Below, one piece after another: positions 20,665 to 29,525 of a stretch of 64,000 nt of DNA. Origin of the DNA: Fimbriimonadales bacterium (GTDB lineage: Bacteria > Armatimonadota > Fimbriimonadia > Fimbriimonadales > GBS-DC); contig AP024673.1 in the NCBI GenBank assembly GCA_025998675.1, positions 1,990,562-2,054,561 on the forward strand, given 5' to 3'. A model generated the notes under the pieces. It was not told where the DNA came from, did not search any database, and saw nothing but the letters and a program-made list of their open reading frames with translations. Positions within the stretch are counted from its first letter, which is position 1. The number at the start of each line of letters is the position of its first letter. The position numbers were made by a program, and so were the translations under genes.

Positions 20665-21584
20665 AGATATCGCCTCCGCATGCGGTAGCGCACGAGAATC
20701 GCGCCTGCGTTGAGCAGGAGCGTCAGGAGAATCAGGGTCAGGCACGCGCCCCAGATGAGCCGTTCAGGCACGACGCCGGGCTGACGGTAGCCTTCCGCGA
20801 GGTAGTAGGGCAGATTCGCGACAGGCTGGCGCAAAGTCTCCCAGCTGAGCGTCGTCTCTGCAGTGGAATAATAGACGCTGGCAGTAAACAGCACGGGCGT
20901 GGCTTCGCCGACGGCGCGCCCTAGCGACAGGATGACTCCCGTGAGAATGCCCGGCAGCGCATAGGGCAGCGCAATACGCCAGAGCGTTTGCCAGCGCGAT
21001 AGCCCCAGCGCCAACCCGCCGTCGGTCAGCGCAGCGGGGACAGTCTTGAGCGCAGACTCGGTAATCAGCACAATCGAGGGCACGCAGAACAGGGTGAGCG
21101 TACACCAGCCAGCGAGCAGGCTCACGCCGAAATGGAACTTCAACACGAAAATCGCCAGCCCGAACAGTCCGTACACGATTGGGGGCGTGCCTGCAAGCGC
21201 GGCGACGCTGGCGTGCATCAGACGCATCAGACGGCTGCGCTCGCCATACTCTGCCAGGCAGACGCCGCCGAACACGCCCAGTGGGGTCGCCATCAAAAAC
21301 GCGCCCAGCATCAACAACACAGAGCCGAAAATCATCGGACCCACGCCTCCAGCCGACATGCCTTCGCGCGGCGGCTGCGTGAGGAACTCCCAGCTGAGAG
21401 TCGGCGCGCCGTGATAAGTGATTATCGCCACCAGCGCCAGCACCAGCAGCACGGTCGCCAGCCCTACCGCGCCGAACGCGCCCATAAGGAGCGCGTTTGT
21501 GCGTGCGCGGCGCGCGTCCCGTTGCGCCGCCAGCGACTCCCAGCCTCCTGCACGCGCCATGCCCGAACGAACAGTATCCATCAT
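20661..21584 (-). CDS. pstA: phosphate ABC transporter permease PstA
   Basis: Six TM permease with EAA-like loop; conserved operon position. Confidence 0.9.
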   Translation of the reverse strand: MMDTVRSGMARAGGWESLAAQRDARRARTNALLMGAFGAVGLATVLLVLALVAIITYHGAPTLSWEFLTQPPREGMSAGGVGPMIFGSVLLMLGAFLMATPLGVFGGVCLAEYGERSRLMRLMHASVAALAGTPPIVYGLFGLAIFVLKFHFGVSLLAGWCTLTLFCVPSIVLITESALKTVPAALTDGGLALGLSRWQTLWRIALPYALPGILTGVILSLGRAVGEATPVLFTASVYYSTAETTLSWETLRQPVANLPYYLAEGYRQPGVVPERLIWGACLTLILLTLLLNAGAILVRYRMRRRYL

Positions 21585-23062
21585 AGCGACACCTGCGCTC
21601 GTTTCCGATACGCAAACCCAAGCAGGTTAATCCCCAGTGTCAGCACGAACAGCACAAGCCCCAGCAGGAACAGATGCCCATAGTGCGGGCTTTCGAACTC
21701 CACATTGCCCATCTCGATGGCGATTGTATCGGGGATGCCGCGCGTCGGTTTGACCAGAGTGCCCAGCGCGGCGACAGGCGAGCTGAAATCGGGCATTGTG
21801 GGCGTGCCGCCGCTGAGGATCCAGACAATCATCGTCTCGCCCATCACGCGCGCCGTCGCCAGCAGCGCCACGGCAATCAGGCCGCTCTTTGCAGCGGGGA
21901 GCAGTACCAGTCGGACACGCTCCGCCAGCGTCAGCCCTAATGCTTCTGCGCCTTCGCGCAGGCTGTTGGGCACGGCGCGCAGCGCATCTTCCGAAAGCGA
22001 AATCACGGTCGGCAAGATGAACACCGTCATTATCAGCGCGGTCGCCAGCAAGCCGCGCCCTGAACTGAGCTGGAGCGCCTCGCCGAACATCCGTTGCAGT
22101 GCGGGCGCAATCAGCATCACGCCAAAGTACCCCAGCACCACCGTGGGAATCGACGCCAGTATCTCCAGAATCGGCTTGAACCATTCACGGATGCGCGGCG
22201 ACGCCTGCTCGCTCAGATACACCGCCGCCGCTATCCCCAGTGGGGTCGCCAGCGCAACTGAGAGGAGCGTAATTAACAAAGTCGCCAGCAGCAGAGGCAA
22301 CATGCCAAAACGCGCGTACAGAATCGTGGGCGCCCAGTCCGACCTGAGAAACTGCTGGAGTGTCGCCATCGTGGTGGAGGTCGTCGGGCGCGCCTCCAGC
22401 TCGAACAGATAGCCCTGCAGCCACTCATCCTGTGTGCGCGCTTTCCAGAGAGGGAGTTCGATATGGCCCTTCGGCTGACGGCGCAGGTCGATCTCGATGG
22501 GGTCTATCTGGACGCCCTGAGGCGCACGGATGAGTCGCAGGGTCAACGCATAAGGGCAGTAGGCGGGGTCAAAGGAGACATCTGGCTCCCACGCCAGCAC
22601 CATCCTGTCGCCAGCATAGTTCGGCAGCGCGAACGCCAGCAGCAGGAACCGTTCACCCTGCTCGGCACGTTTGGGGGCGCGCATGCAGTCGCGGAAGAGC
22701 GCGTCCGCACGCAGCTGGTTGGGATCGCTGGTCTGTACGGTCGCTGTAACCAGCGACTGCATCGCCATCAGCTCTTCGGGCGCGGGCAGGCGCGTGATGT
22801 CTTCCGCGTCGTCCAGCTCGTCGGTACCCTCCCGATGAGTCGCCAGCAGACTGGCGGTCGGGTCCATCGAGACCTCGTCGCGGTACTCGCTGTCAGGCGG
22901 CTGCAGCGCGACGCGAAAACCGAAGGGGAAATGGCGCTGAAACGCATAGTGCGACTCGGTGAACAGGTAGTAGAACACGGCGACGATAGTGAGCAGGAGA
23001 AGTCCCCCTGCGGCCCAGGTCGCCGCTTGCACGAGGGTATCAAACAGTCGGATGCGCCACAT
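21581..23062 (-). CDS. pstC: phosphate ABC transporter permease PstC with ~170-aa N-terminal extension
   Basis: C-terminal 320 aa are a typical PstC permease. The N-terminal part contains one TM plus a soluble domain. Confidence 0.85.
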   Translation of the reverse strand: MWRIRLFDTLVQAATWAAGGLLLLTIVAVFYYLFTESHYAFQRHFPFGFRVALQPPDSEYRDEVSMDPTASLLATHREGTDELDDAEDITRLPAPEELMAMQSLVTATVQTSDPNQLRADALFRDCMRAPKRAEQGERFLLLAFALPNYAGDRMVLAWEPDVSFDPAYCPYALTLRLIRAPQGVQIDPIEIDLRRQPKGHIELPLWKARTQDEWLQGYLFELEARPTTSTTMATLQQFLRSDWAPTILYARFGMLPLLLATLLITLLSVALATPLGIAAAVYLSEQASPRIREWFKPILEILASIPTVVLGYFGVMLIAPALQRMFGEALQLSSGRGLLATALIMTVFILPTVISLSEDALRAVPNSLREGAEALGLTLAERVRLVLLPAAKSGLIAVALLATARVMGETMIVWILSGGTPTMPDFSSPVAALGTLVKPTRGIPDTIAIEMGNVEFESPHYGHLFLLGLVLFVLTLGINLLGFAYRKRAQVSL

Positions 23063-23111
23063 AAGCCGATGTGCAGGTGGCGGGGGGCGACTTGCCCCCC
23101 ACCGAACCGTT

Positions 23112-23963
23112 TCAGGGGTTCAGGCTATAGTAGCCCACCTCTTCCACCAGCGACTGTCCCTCTTTGGAGCGCACCCACTCGATGAACTGGGCGACCTCGC
23201 CGCGCGGTCTGCCGTTGGTGTAGAAGTAGAGGAACCGCCAGATGGGGTACTTGCGGGTGCGCACATTCTCTTCGGTCGGCGCATAGGCAGTGTCCCCTTC
23301 TTTCGCGGCGATTTTGAGTATCTTCAGTCCGGGGCGGTTCTTGAAGTACGCCACGCCGCCGTAGCCGATGCCGCCCGGCGTGCGGGCGACTTCACGCCCC
23401 TCCTCGCTGGTGGAGGGCATAAAGCGCACGCCGCGCCCCCAATTCTGGTTCCGCAGCACATTTTGCTGGAAGAACCCGTAGGTGCCCGAATTGCTGTCGC
23501 GGCTGAACACCACAATCGGCAAATCGGGACCGCCCACCTGACGCCAGTTGGTAATCTGCCCGATGTAGATGCGGCGCACCTGATCCACAGTGAGCGAGTC
23601 GATCGGGTTCGATTCGTTCACGCAGATTGCCAGCCCATCGAGGGCGACGGGAATCTCGTTGACCACGACGCCGCGGCTGCGCGCGCGGTCAATCTCCGAC
23701 TTGCGCATCGGGCGCGAGGAAGCGCAGATGTCGGTCACGCCGTTGATGAGCGCGTTAATGCCGATGCTCGAGCCGCCGCCCGTCACCGAGACGCTCACAT
23801 TCGGATTCACACGCCCATACGCCTCCGCCCAGCGCTGATTCAGAATCAGCATCGTGTCGGAGCCTTTGACGGTGATGCTTCGCTGATTCAGCGTATACGC
23901 AGCAGCAACGCTCGCCAGCGTAATCAAAGCGCCCAGACTGATTGCCAGTGTGTAGTTTTTCAT
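23112..23963 (-). CDS. pstS: phosphate-binding protein PstS
   Basis: 'KGSDTMLILNQRWAEAYGRVNPNVSVSVTGGGSSIGINALINGVTDICASSRPM' PBP-like_2 motifs; signal peptide. GGAGGGAG RBS before the ATG at 23963. Confidence 0.92.
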   Translation of the reverse strand: MKNYTLAISLGALITLASVAAAYTLNQRSITVKGSDTMLILNQRWAEAYGRVNPNVSVSVTGGGSSIGINALINGVTDICASSRPMRKSEIDRARSRGVVVNEIPVALDGLAICVNESNPIDSLTVDQVRRIYIGQITNWRQVGGPDLPIVVFSRDSNSGTYGFFQQNVLRNQNWGRGVRFMPSTSEEGREVARTPGGIGYGGVAYFKNRPGLKILKIAAKEGDTAYAPTEENVRTRKYPIWRFLYFYTNGRPRGEVAQFIEWVRSKEGQSLVEEVGYYSLNP

Positions 23964-23980
23964 CGTTCGCTCCCTCCAGA

Positions 23981-25285
23981 TTAGTAGCGGTACTGAATGC
24001 GCAGGGTCCACTGGTTGTTGCGGACCTCTGTTCCCTCTTCGTCGGGGATTTCATACGCAGCGGTCAGGCGCACAGCGGGATTGATAAAGTAGCTGTAGGC
24101 GAATCCCCAGGTGCGTGTGCTGTCGCCGCCGCGTCCTGTGTCGGGGTCAAACACATCGTAGCGCACGGTCAGGAAGTTGCGGTAGTTCAGGCGGTAAGTG
24201 CCCTGAATCTGGTAGCCCAGGATGTTCGTGGACCGGGTGAAGCGCGGGACGGTAACCCCACTGACGGTGCGTGTGGTTGGCACGCGGTCTTTGCCCAGCA
24301 TCAACTCGCCGCGCAGGGTGAGCCCTTCCACAAGCGCATCAAGCAGTGTGGCGTCCACAAAGATAAACTCACGGTTCACGCTGGGTACCTGCACAGGCTG
24401 GTTGGTGCTGGGGTCGTTGAAGCTGAAGCCTGGTCGCTTACCGAAGAAGCCCGACACGCCCCACTCGTAGGTGAGCGTGTAGTAGCGGAACCCTGCGTGC
24501 CACGCAAGCGTGCTGCCCAGATTACCGAAGGTGTTCGCGCTCGTCTGCTGCGGGTCCTGAAAGGTGAGGCTGTTCCAGAGACCGAAGTGCGCGAAGGCGT
24601 TATTGCCCAGCCCGTAGCGCAGGAATGCGCCGCGCCCGCGCTCACCAGCGAACATCGTGCGGTTATACAACGCCCGCTCCGGCAGTTCGCGCTCGCCGGA
24701 GGAACGCTCCAGTTCGTAGCCCAGCGGCAACGGCTGCTGACCTGCCAGCAGTTGAACGCCCACGCGCTCGACCGTCGGCTCGATGTCCCAGACGAGTTGC
24801 GCGTCGCGCAGCTCCGCCGAGATGCGCTGCGACCCGGTGGAGACATCGAACGCCAGACGCATCTGAGTGCGCGGATCCAGCACATTCGTCTGGCTGACTC
24901 GGAAACGGCGTAGCTGGAACCCTTCGTTGGCGCGGTTCTCCTGCGAGTCGAACCACTGGAACTGGATATAGTTGCCCGGACGGACACGAAGCGCTTCTGC
25001 AAGGTTCGTCTGGATGACGGGGATGGTCTCCTGCGATTGTTCCTCGATGTAGAGGCGCACCTCTTCCATCTCGCGTTGCAACGACTCCAGCTGCGCCTGC
25101 AGCTGCTCGATGCGCTGCTGCAGCTCTTGCAGGCGTTGCGTGTCCTGTTGTTTCGCGCTAACGCCTGCAGGGCGACCTGCTGCCGCGCCTGATACACCCT
25201 CGTTCGCCAATGCCTGTCCCATAAAGCCAATCAGCATGCAACTCACGATCGGAGTTGCCAGGTAGAACCTCCATGTACGATTCAT
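23981..25285 (-). CDS. outer-membrane porin, phosphate-selective OprO/OprP-like (beta-barrel, C-terminal ...RIQYRY)
   Basis: Signal peptide; N-terminal coiled coil 'QELQQRIEQLQAQLESLQREMEE'; alternating-hydrophobic beta strands; terminal aromatic residue. First gene of the pst cluster; AAGGAGG RBS. Confidence 0.6.
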   Translation of the reverse strand: MNRTWRFYLATPIVSCMLIGFMGQALANEGVSGAAAGRPAGVSAKQQDTQRLQELQQRIEQLQAQLESLQREMEEVRLYIEEQSQETIPVIQTNLAEALRVRPGNYIQFQWFDSQENRANEGFQLRRFRVSQTNVLDPRTQMRLAFDVSTGSQRISAELRDAQLVWDIEPTVERVGVQLLAGQQPLPLGYELERSSGERELPERALYNRTMFAGERGRGAFLRYGLGNNAFAHFGLWNSLTFQDPQQTSANTFGNLGSTLAWHAGFRYYTLTYEWGVSGFFGKRPGFSFNDPSTNQPVQVPSVNREFIFVDATLLDALVEGLTLRGELMLGKDRVPTTRTVSGVTVPRFTRSTNILGYQIQGTYRLNYRNFLTVRYDVFDPDTGRGGDSTRTWGFAYSYFINPAVRLTAAYEIPDEEGTEVRNNQWTLRIQYRY

Positions 25286-25361
25286 CCTCTGCCTCCTTAA
25301 AGGTAGATTGAGAAACATCGGCGTTGCGACCTTTCGAGAAAAGCTCGATAATGGTCTCACC

Positions 25362-25402
25362 GAATCCAAAAACTCGCTCAAGCGGTTATCTCCTGAGCGA
25401 GC
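25362..25402 (-). terminator. rho-independent terminator after the Ig-repeat protein gene
   Basis: On the minus strand: CTCGCTCA-loop13-TGAGCGAG followed by TTTTTGGATT. Confidence 0.5.
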
Positions 25403-25424
25403 GTAGATATTATCGGGGATAGCG

Positions 25425-25445
25425 CGTTAAGGAATGGTTAAGGGG
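25425..25445 (-). promoter_or_regulatory. candidate Pho box: direct repeats CTTAAC(C) with 11-bp spacing
   Basis: Minus strand 'CCTTAACCATTCCTTAACG' lies ~140 bp upstream of the porin-pstSCAB start. Position relative to the hairpin is awkward, so confidence is low. Confidence 0.25.
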
Positions 25446-25452
25446 TGTCCAC

Positions 25453-26961
25453 TCACGGCGTTTCGCCAGTCGTTTCGGGGCGCGGCTCGACGGTAATCGT
25501 GAGTTTTGCCTGCGCGGGGCGTCCTTCCGAGTCGTAGGCGGTGAGGGTGTAGGTCGTCGTTGCCGCAGGCGATACGCTCACTTCGCCCTGTTTGGGGTCG
25601 ATGCGCCCGACGCCGTTATCGATTTCGGCGCGCACTGCGTTCACCAGCTCCCAGCGCAGAGCGACGCTCTCGCCAGCAGCAATCTGTTCGGCTTGCGCGG
25701 TGAAACTCAGAATCTGCGCCTGCGAGGGGTCCAGCACCTCGACTGTGATGCGCTTGCTCACCGATTTGCCCGTTGCGTTCCGCGCGATGAGTTCGTACTC
25801 GGTGGTGCGCGAGGGGCGATGCTCGACGCCCGGCATCGCGGGGTCTAACTTCTGCCCGCCGGGCGGGGTAAGGATGAGTTCAGTCGCATGCTTCACTTCC
25901 CAGCGCAGCAGCACCGATTCGCCGCGTTTAATCTGGGGCGGCTCGGCGTAGAATCGGCTAATCACGGGCGCGGGCGGTTCGGGCGCGTTCTGCACAATCA
26001 CGACCACCTCGCGCATCTGCTCGCCGTAGCGGTTGCGAGCAATCAGACGGTAGGTGGTGGTGGTCTGCGGTTGCGCCTGTACCGAGCGCGTCTGGTTCGG
26101 GTCAAACTCGCCAAGTCCAGGCTCGATCAGCACCTTCTCGGCGTTGCGCACCATCCAGCGCAGGGTGGTCGTCTCGCCCGCAGTGATTTGTGCAGGCTCG
26201 GCGGCGAACTCCTCGATGGCGACGGGCAGCGGGCGCGTGTACGCCCACAGCGCCAGCACCAACCCCAGCACCGCCAGAAAGCCCAGCACAAGCGGGCTGA
26301 CCAGCCCGCGCCGTTCCAGCTGCGCCTGCACAGAGGTTGAGCGCAGGGGGTCTTCCACGCTGCGCGCCGTTGCGGTGAAACTGAACAGCGCGGGGTTCGC
26401 CAGAGTCGGCATGCGGCGCGGCTGGGCGTACACCAGCACGCTCTGCGTCTCGCCCGGCGCCAGCAGCGTGCGCTCGCGCTCCAGCTCGAACACCACCTCA
26501 TCTTCGGGGTCGGACACATGGAGCTGCACGGTCTGCTCGGTGTTGCCGTAGTTGGCGATGGTGAGTTCGTAAGGCGCGCGTTTGCGCACGGGTGAAACGA
26601 CGCCGCGCTTCGGGAGGATGTCCAGCGTGAGCATGCTGTAGGGGCGGATAACGACGCTGGCTTGCGCGACGCCTGAGCCCCCGTTCTCCAGCGAGCGCGC
26701 GCGCACCAGCACGGGATAGGTTCCCGCGCGGCTCTCCGTACTGCGCGGCGGGCGAATCAGAATCCGCTCCTGCACCTCCTCGCCGGGCGCCAGTGCGAAC
26801 GAGGGGATGGGGATGGCGCACCACTCCGCATCGACGCCTTCCACCTCCAGAGCCACCTGATCGGGCGCGTCGCCTTCGTTGCGCACCACTGCCACCAGCT
26901 GCGCCGAGCCGCCCGGCTCCACCTGCACCTCGTCCTGCCCCAACCTGACGCGAATCGCCAT
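25453..26961 (-). CDS. bitopic membrane protein with two N-terminal CARDB/DUF11-like domains, one TM and three ~85-aa tandem Ig-like repeats
   Basis: TM 'LVSPLVLGFLAVLGLVLALWAY'; three repeats '...PQI.AGE...LRW.V.NA....I.PG.G..DP.......P..TT.Y.L.A.N..G'. Confidence 0.5.
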   Translation of the reverse strand: MAIRVRLGQDEVQVEPGGSAQLVAVVRNEGDAPDQVALEVEGVDAEWCAIPIPSFALAPGEEVQERILIRPPRSTESRAGTYPVLVRARSLENGGSGVAQASVVIRPYSMLTLDILPKRGVVSPVRKRAPYELTIANYGNTEQTVQLHVSDPEDEVVFELERERTLLAPGETQSVLVYAQPRRMPTLANPALFSFTATARSVEDPLRSTSVQAQLERRGLVSPLVLGFLAVLGLVLALWAYTRPLPVAIEEFAAEPAQITAGETTTLRWMVRNAEKVLIEPGLGEFDPNQTRSVQAQPQTTTTYRLIARNRYGEQMREVVVIVQNAPEPPAPVISRFYAEPPQIKRGESVLLRWEVKHATELILTPPGGQKLDPAMPGVEHRPSRTTEYELIARNATGKSVSKRITVEVLDPSQAQILSFTAQAEQIAAGESVALRWELVNAVRAEIDNGVGRIDPKQGEVSVSPAATTTYTLTAYDSEGRPAQAKLTITVEPRPETTGETP

Positions 26962-27017
26962 CAGGAGTAGATTGTACCCAGTGGCGCAGGGAGACCAGCA
27001 TGGGCTATAATAGAGCT

Positions 27018-29522
27018 ATGGCGTTGAAAGGGTTTCTGGGCGCGCTGATGGCGTGGGTACTTCTTGGCATAACGCCCGCGCAGGAATGGCTGGACTTGCG
27101 GTTTTATGATTCGGTCTCTGGCAAAGCGCTGATAGCAGAGGTCATGCTCACCGAGCAGGCGACAGGACAGGTCTACACTTTCCGCTCGCAGTCCGATGGG
27201 CGACTGCAGACGCTGCTTCCAGCGGGGGAGTACGCGCTCTATGCTACCTGCGAGGGCTATCTGGCGGCTGGAATCACGCTTACTGTGCGCCCCGACATGC
27301 CGCCGTATCGGTTCTATCTGGATCCGCTCACGCCGCCGCGCGAGGCGGACTGGCGCTATCTGTGGTCGCTGCGCAAGCCGAACCACATGATTGTAGTCGG
27401 TTTCATCACGGACGAGCAGACGGGGCAGCCGCTGGCGGGCGTGCAGGTGCGTGCGCTGAACCACGCGGGCGCGACGGAAACCGACGCCAGCGGCATGTTC
27501 CTGTTGCAGTTCCCTATCCGCGACCTGCAGGGCGCGGCGCAGCCCTATGCAACCCTCGCGCTGGAGAAAACTGGCTATCGCACGCTGTTGCTGGAAAAAG
27601 TGGCGCTGTGGAGCGAGGGCGACTGGATTTATCGCCTGACGATGGCGGCGGGGGCAGGGCTGGAATCGCGCGACATGCGTTCCCCGCGCCACCGCGAAGA
27701 CGCGCCGAAACAGCCCTGCGAGGAGTGCGACGCGCCCAAGTCGGCGCCGCTGCCCGAAACGCCTGTGGAGATGGGCAACGAGTTCAGCCCCGCCGCGCCC
27801 GCACCGATTGTGCTGCCCAAATACATTAAGGTCGGACGCAACTGCACCTCACGCACCAACTGCCCCGGCGGTGTGGAGGTCTACACCATCGATACCTACT
27901 GCAAGGGCGTGATTACCAGCGAGTGGTACGCCTGCTGGGGGAATGTGCGCTTCGGCAGCGAAAGCCCGCCCGCGGGGATGGAGTCGCTGAAGGCGGGCGC
28001 GGTCGCCGTGCGCAGCTACGGCGTCTCGTTCGTCTACACGCCCATCAACAGCAGCTACGACATCTGCGATTCCACCTCCTGCCAGGTGTTCACGGGCAAC
28101 CAGAGCAGCAACGGCAACGCGGCGGTGGACGCCACCACGCGCTATGTGCTGCTCACCAGTGCGGGCAACATCGCCCGCTCGGAGTATTCCGCCGAGAACA
28201 ACAACGCAGGCTGTGGCAACGGCTATTCGGGCACGGGCAGCAGCTGGCCCTGCATTGCCGACCCCGTGTGCGCTGGGTTCGCCACCTTCGGGCACGGGCG
28301 CGGGCTGTGCCAGTGGGGCTCGGCGCGCTGGGCGACGGGCAGACGCCTGAGCAGCAGTCAGGCGTGCAGCAACAGCGCGCCCCTGCACGGGTACGGCACG
28401 AAAAACTGGCAGCAAATCCTCAGCCACTACTACGCGCCCGGCGGCTATCAGCTGGTGCAGGGCGGCGTTGCAACCGTCGCGAACCTGCTGGTCAGCCCGA
28501 ACCCCGTGCGCACGGGCGTGCAGGCGCTGCTGGGCTACACAGTGAACGCCACCCATGACTTTCAGGTGATTCTGGGCGCGTCCATTCGGCTGGGTACGGG
28601 CGCGTGGATTTCCGACCCCTCGCGCGACCTGAAGGTGAGTCTGGTGGAAGGCGCGAACAACCGCTCGCGCTTTTTCCTCGTGCCCAGCGACGCGACAGCG
28701 GGAACCTACGATGTGCTGACCGCGCTGTGGTACGACCGCAACAACAGCAACACGATCAACACGGGCGACTTCATGGTGGACGACCGCGTGTTCGCGGGGG
28801 CAATGCAGGTGCGCCGCTCGACAACGCTCAGCGCGCCCGTCGCCAGCGGCAGGCGCGGGCAGACCCTCACGCTGCAGGCGACGCTCCGCCAGACGCTGGA
28901 CAACGCGCCGCTTGCAGGGCGCACGCTCACCTTCAAGGTCAACGATGCTATTGTTGGCGCGGCGACCACCAACAGCGAGGGCACAGCGAGCCTTGCGTAC
29001 ACGCTCCCGCTCAGCCTGCCGCTGGGCAATCAGACGATGCGGGTGGAGTTCGATGGCGATTCGACCTACGCGGCGTCGTTCGTGAACAGCACGCTGACGG
29101 TCAGCCCCGTGCGCGTACAGGGGCAGGTCGCGCTGGAGGGCGTTGCGAATCCTGCGGGCGTCCCCGTGCGCTTCACCCTGCAGGCGGGCAGCCAGCAGGA
29201 GACGGTGAACCTGACGCTGGGCGCGGGGGGAAGTTTCGCGTTCGACACGACGCTTGTCGGGGCGGCGACAGTGCGCGTCAGTACGCCCAGCGGCGTCTGG
29301 CTGTGCAGGCAAACCAGCGCGACGCTCAGCGACCTCACAACGCTGAACTTCAGCCTGATCGCGGGCGATTTAAATCAGGACGGCGCGATTGACGACGCCG
29401 ACCTGCTACAGGTGCTGTTCGCGTTTGGCTCGAGCGCCCCGCAGGCGGATGTGAACCGCGACGGCGTGGTGGACGACGCTGACCTTCTGCAGGTGCTGTT
29501 CAACTTCGGCGCGGGGTGTTAG
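27018..29522 (+). CDS. large secreted SpoIID/LytB-domain protein with Ig-like/carboxypeptidase-regulatory-like domains and C-terminal double dockerin-like repeat
   Basis: Signal peptide 'MALKGFLGALMAWVLLGITPAQ'; SpoIID motif 'VRSYGVSFVYTPINSSYDICDSTSCQVFTGNQ'; C-terminus 'DLNQDGAIDDADLLQVLFAFG...DVNRDGVVDDADLLQVLFNFGAGC'. Alternative ATG at 27000. Confidence 0.65.
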   Translation: MALKGFLGALMAWVLLGITPAQEWLDLRFYDSVSGKALIAEVMLTEQATGQVYTFRSQSDGRLQTLLPAGEYALYATCEGYLAAGITLTVRPDMPPYRFYLDPLTPPREADWRYLWSLRKPNHMIVVGFITDEQTGQPLAGVQVRALNHAGATETDASGMFLLQFPIRDLQGAAQPYATLALEKTGYRTLLLEKVALWSEGDWIYRLTMAAGAGLESRDMRSPRHREDAPKQPCEECDAPKSAPLPETPVEMGNEFSPAAPAPIVLPKYIKVGRNCTSRTNCPGGVEVYTIDTYCKGVITSEWYACWGNVRFGSESPPAGMESLKAGAVAVRSYGVSFVYTPINSSYDICDSTSCQVFTGNQSSNGNAAVDATTRYVLLTSAGNIARSEYSAENNNAGCGNGYSGTGSSWPCIADPVCAGFATFGHGRGLCQWGSARWATGRRLSSSQACSNSAPLHGYGTKNWQQILSHYYAPGGYQLVQGGVATVANLLVSPNPVRTGVQALLGYTVNATHDFQVILGASIRLGTGAWISDPSRDLKVSLVEGANNRSRFFLVPSDATAGTYDVLTALWYDRNNSNTINTGDFMVDDRVFAGAMQVRRSTTLSAPVASGRRGQTLTLQATLRQTLDNAPLAGRTLTFKVNDAIVGAATTNSEGTASLAYTLPLSLPLGNQTMRVEFDGDSTYAASFVNSTLTVSPVRVQGQVALEGVANPAGVPVRFTLQAGSQQETVNLTLGAGGSFAFDTTLVGAATVRVSTPSGVWLCRQTSATLSDLTTLNFSLIAGDLNQDGAIDDADLLQVLFAFGSSAPQADVNRDGVVDDADLLQVLFNFGAGC

Positions 29523-29525
29523 TCC

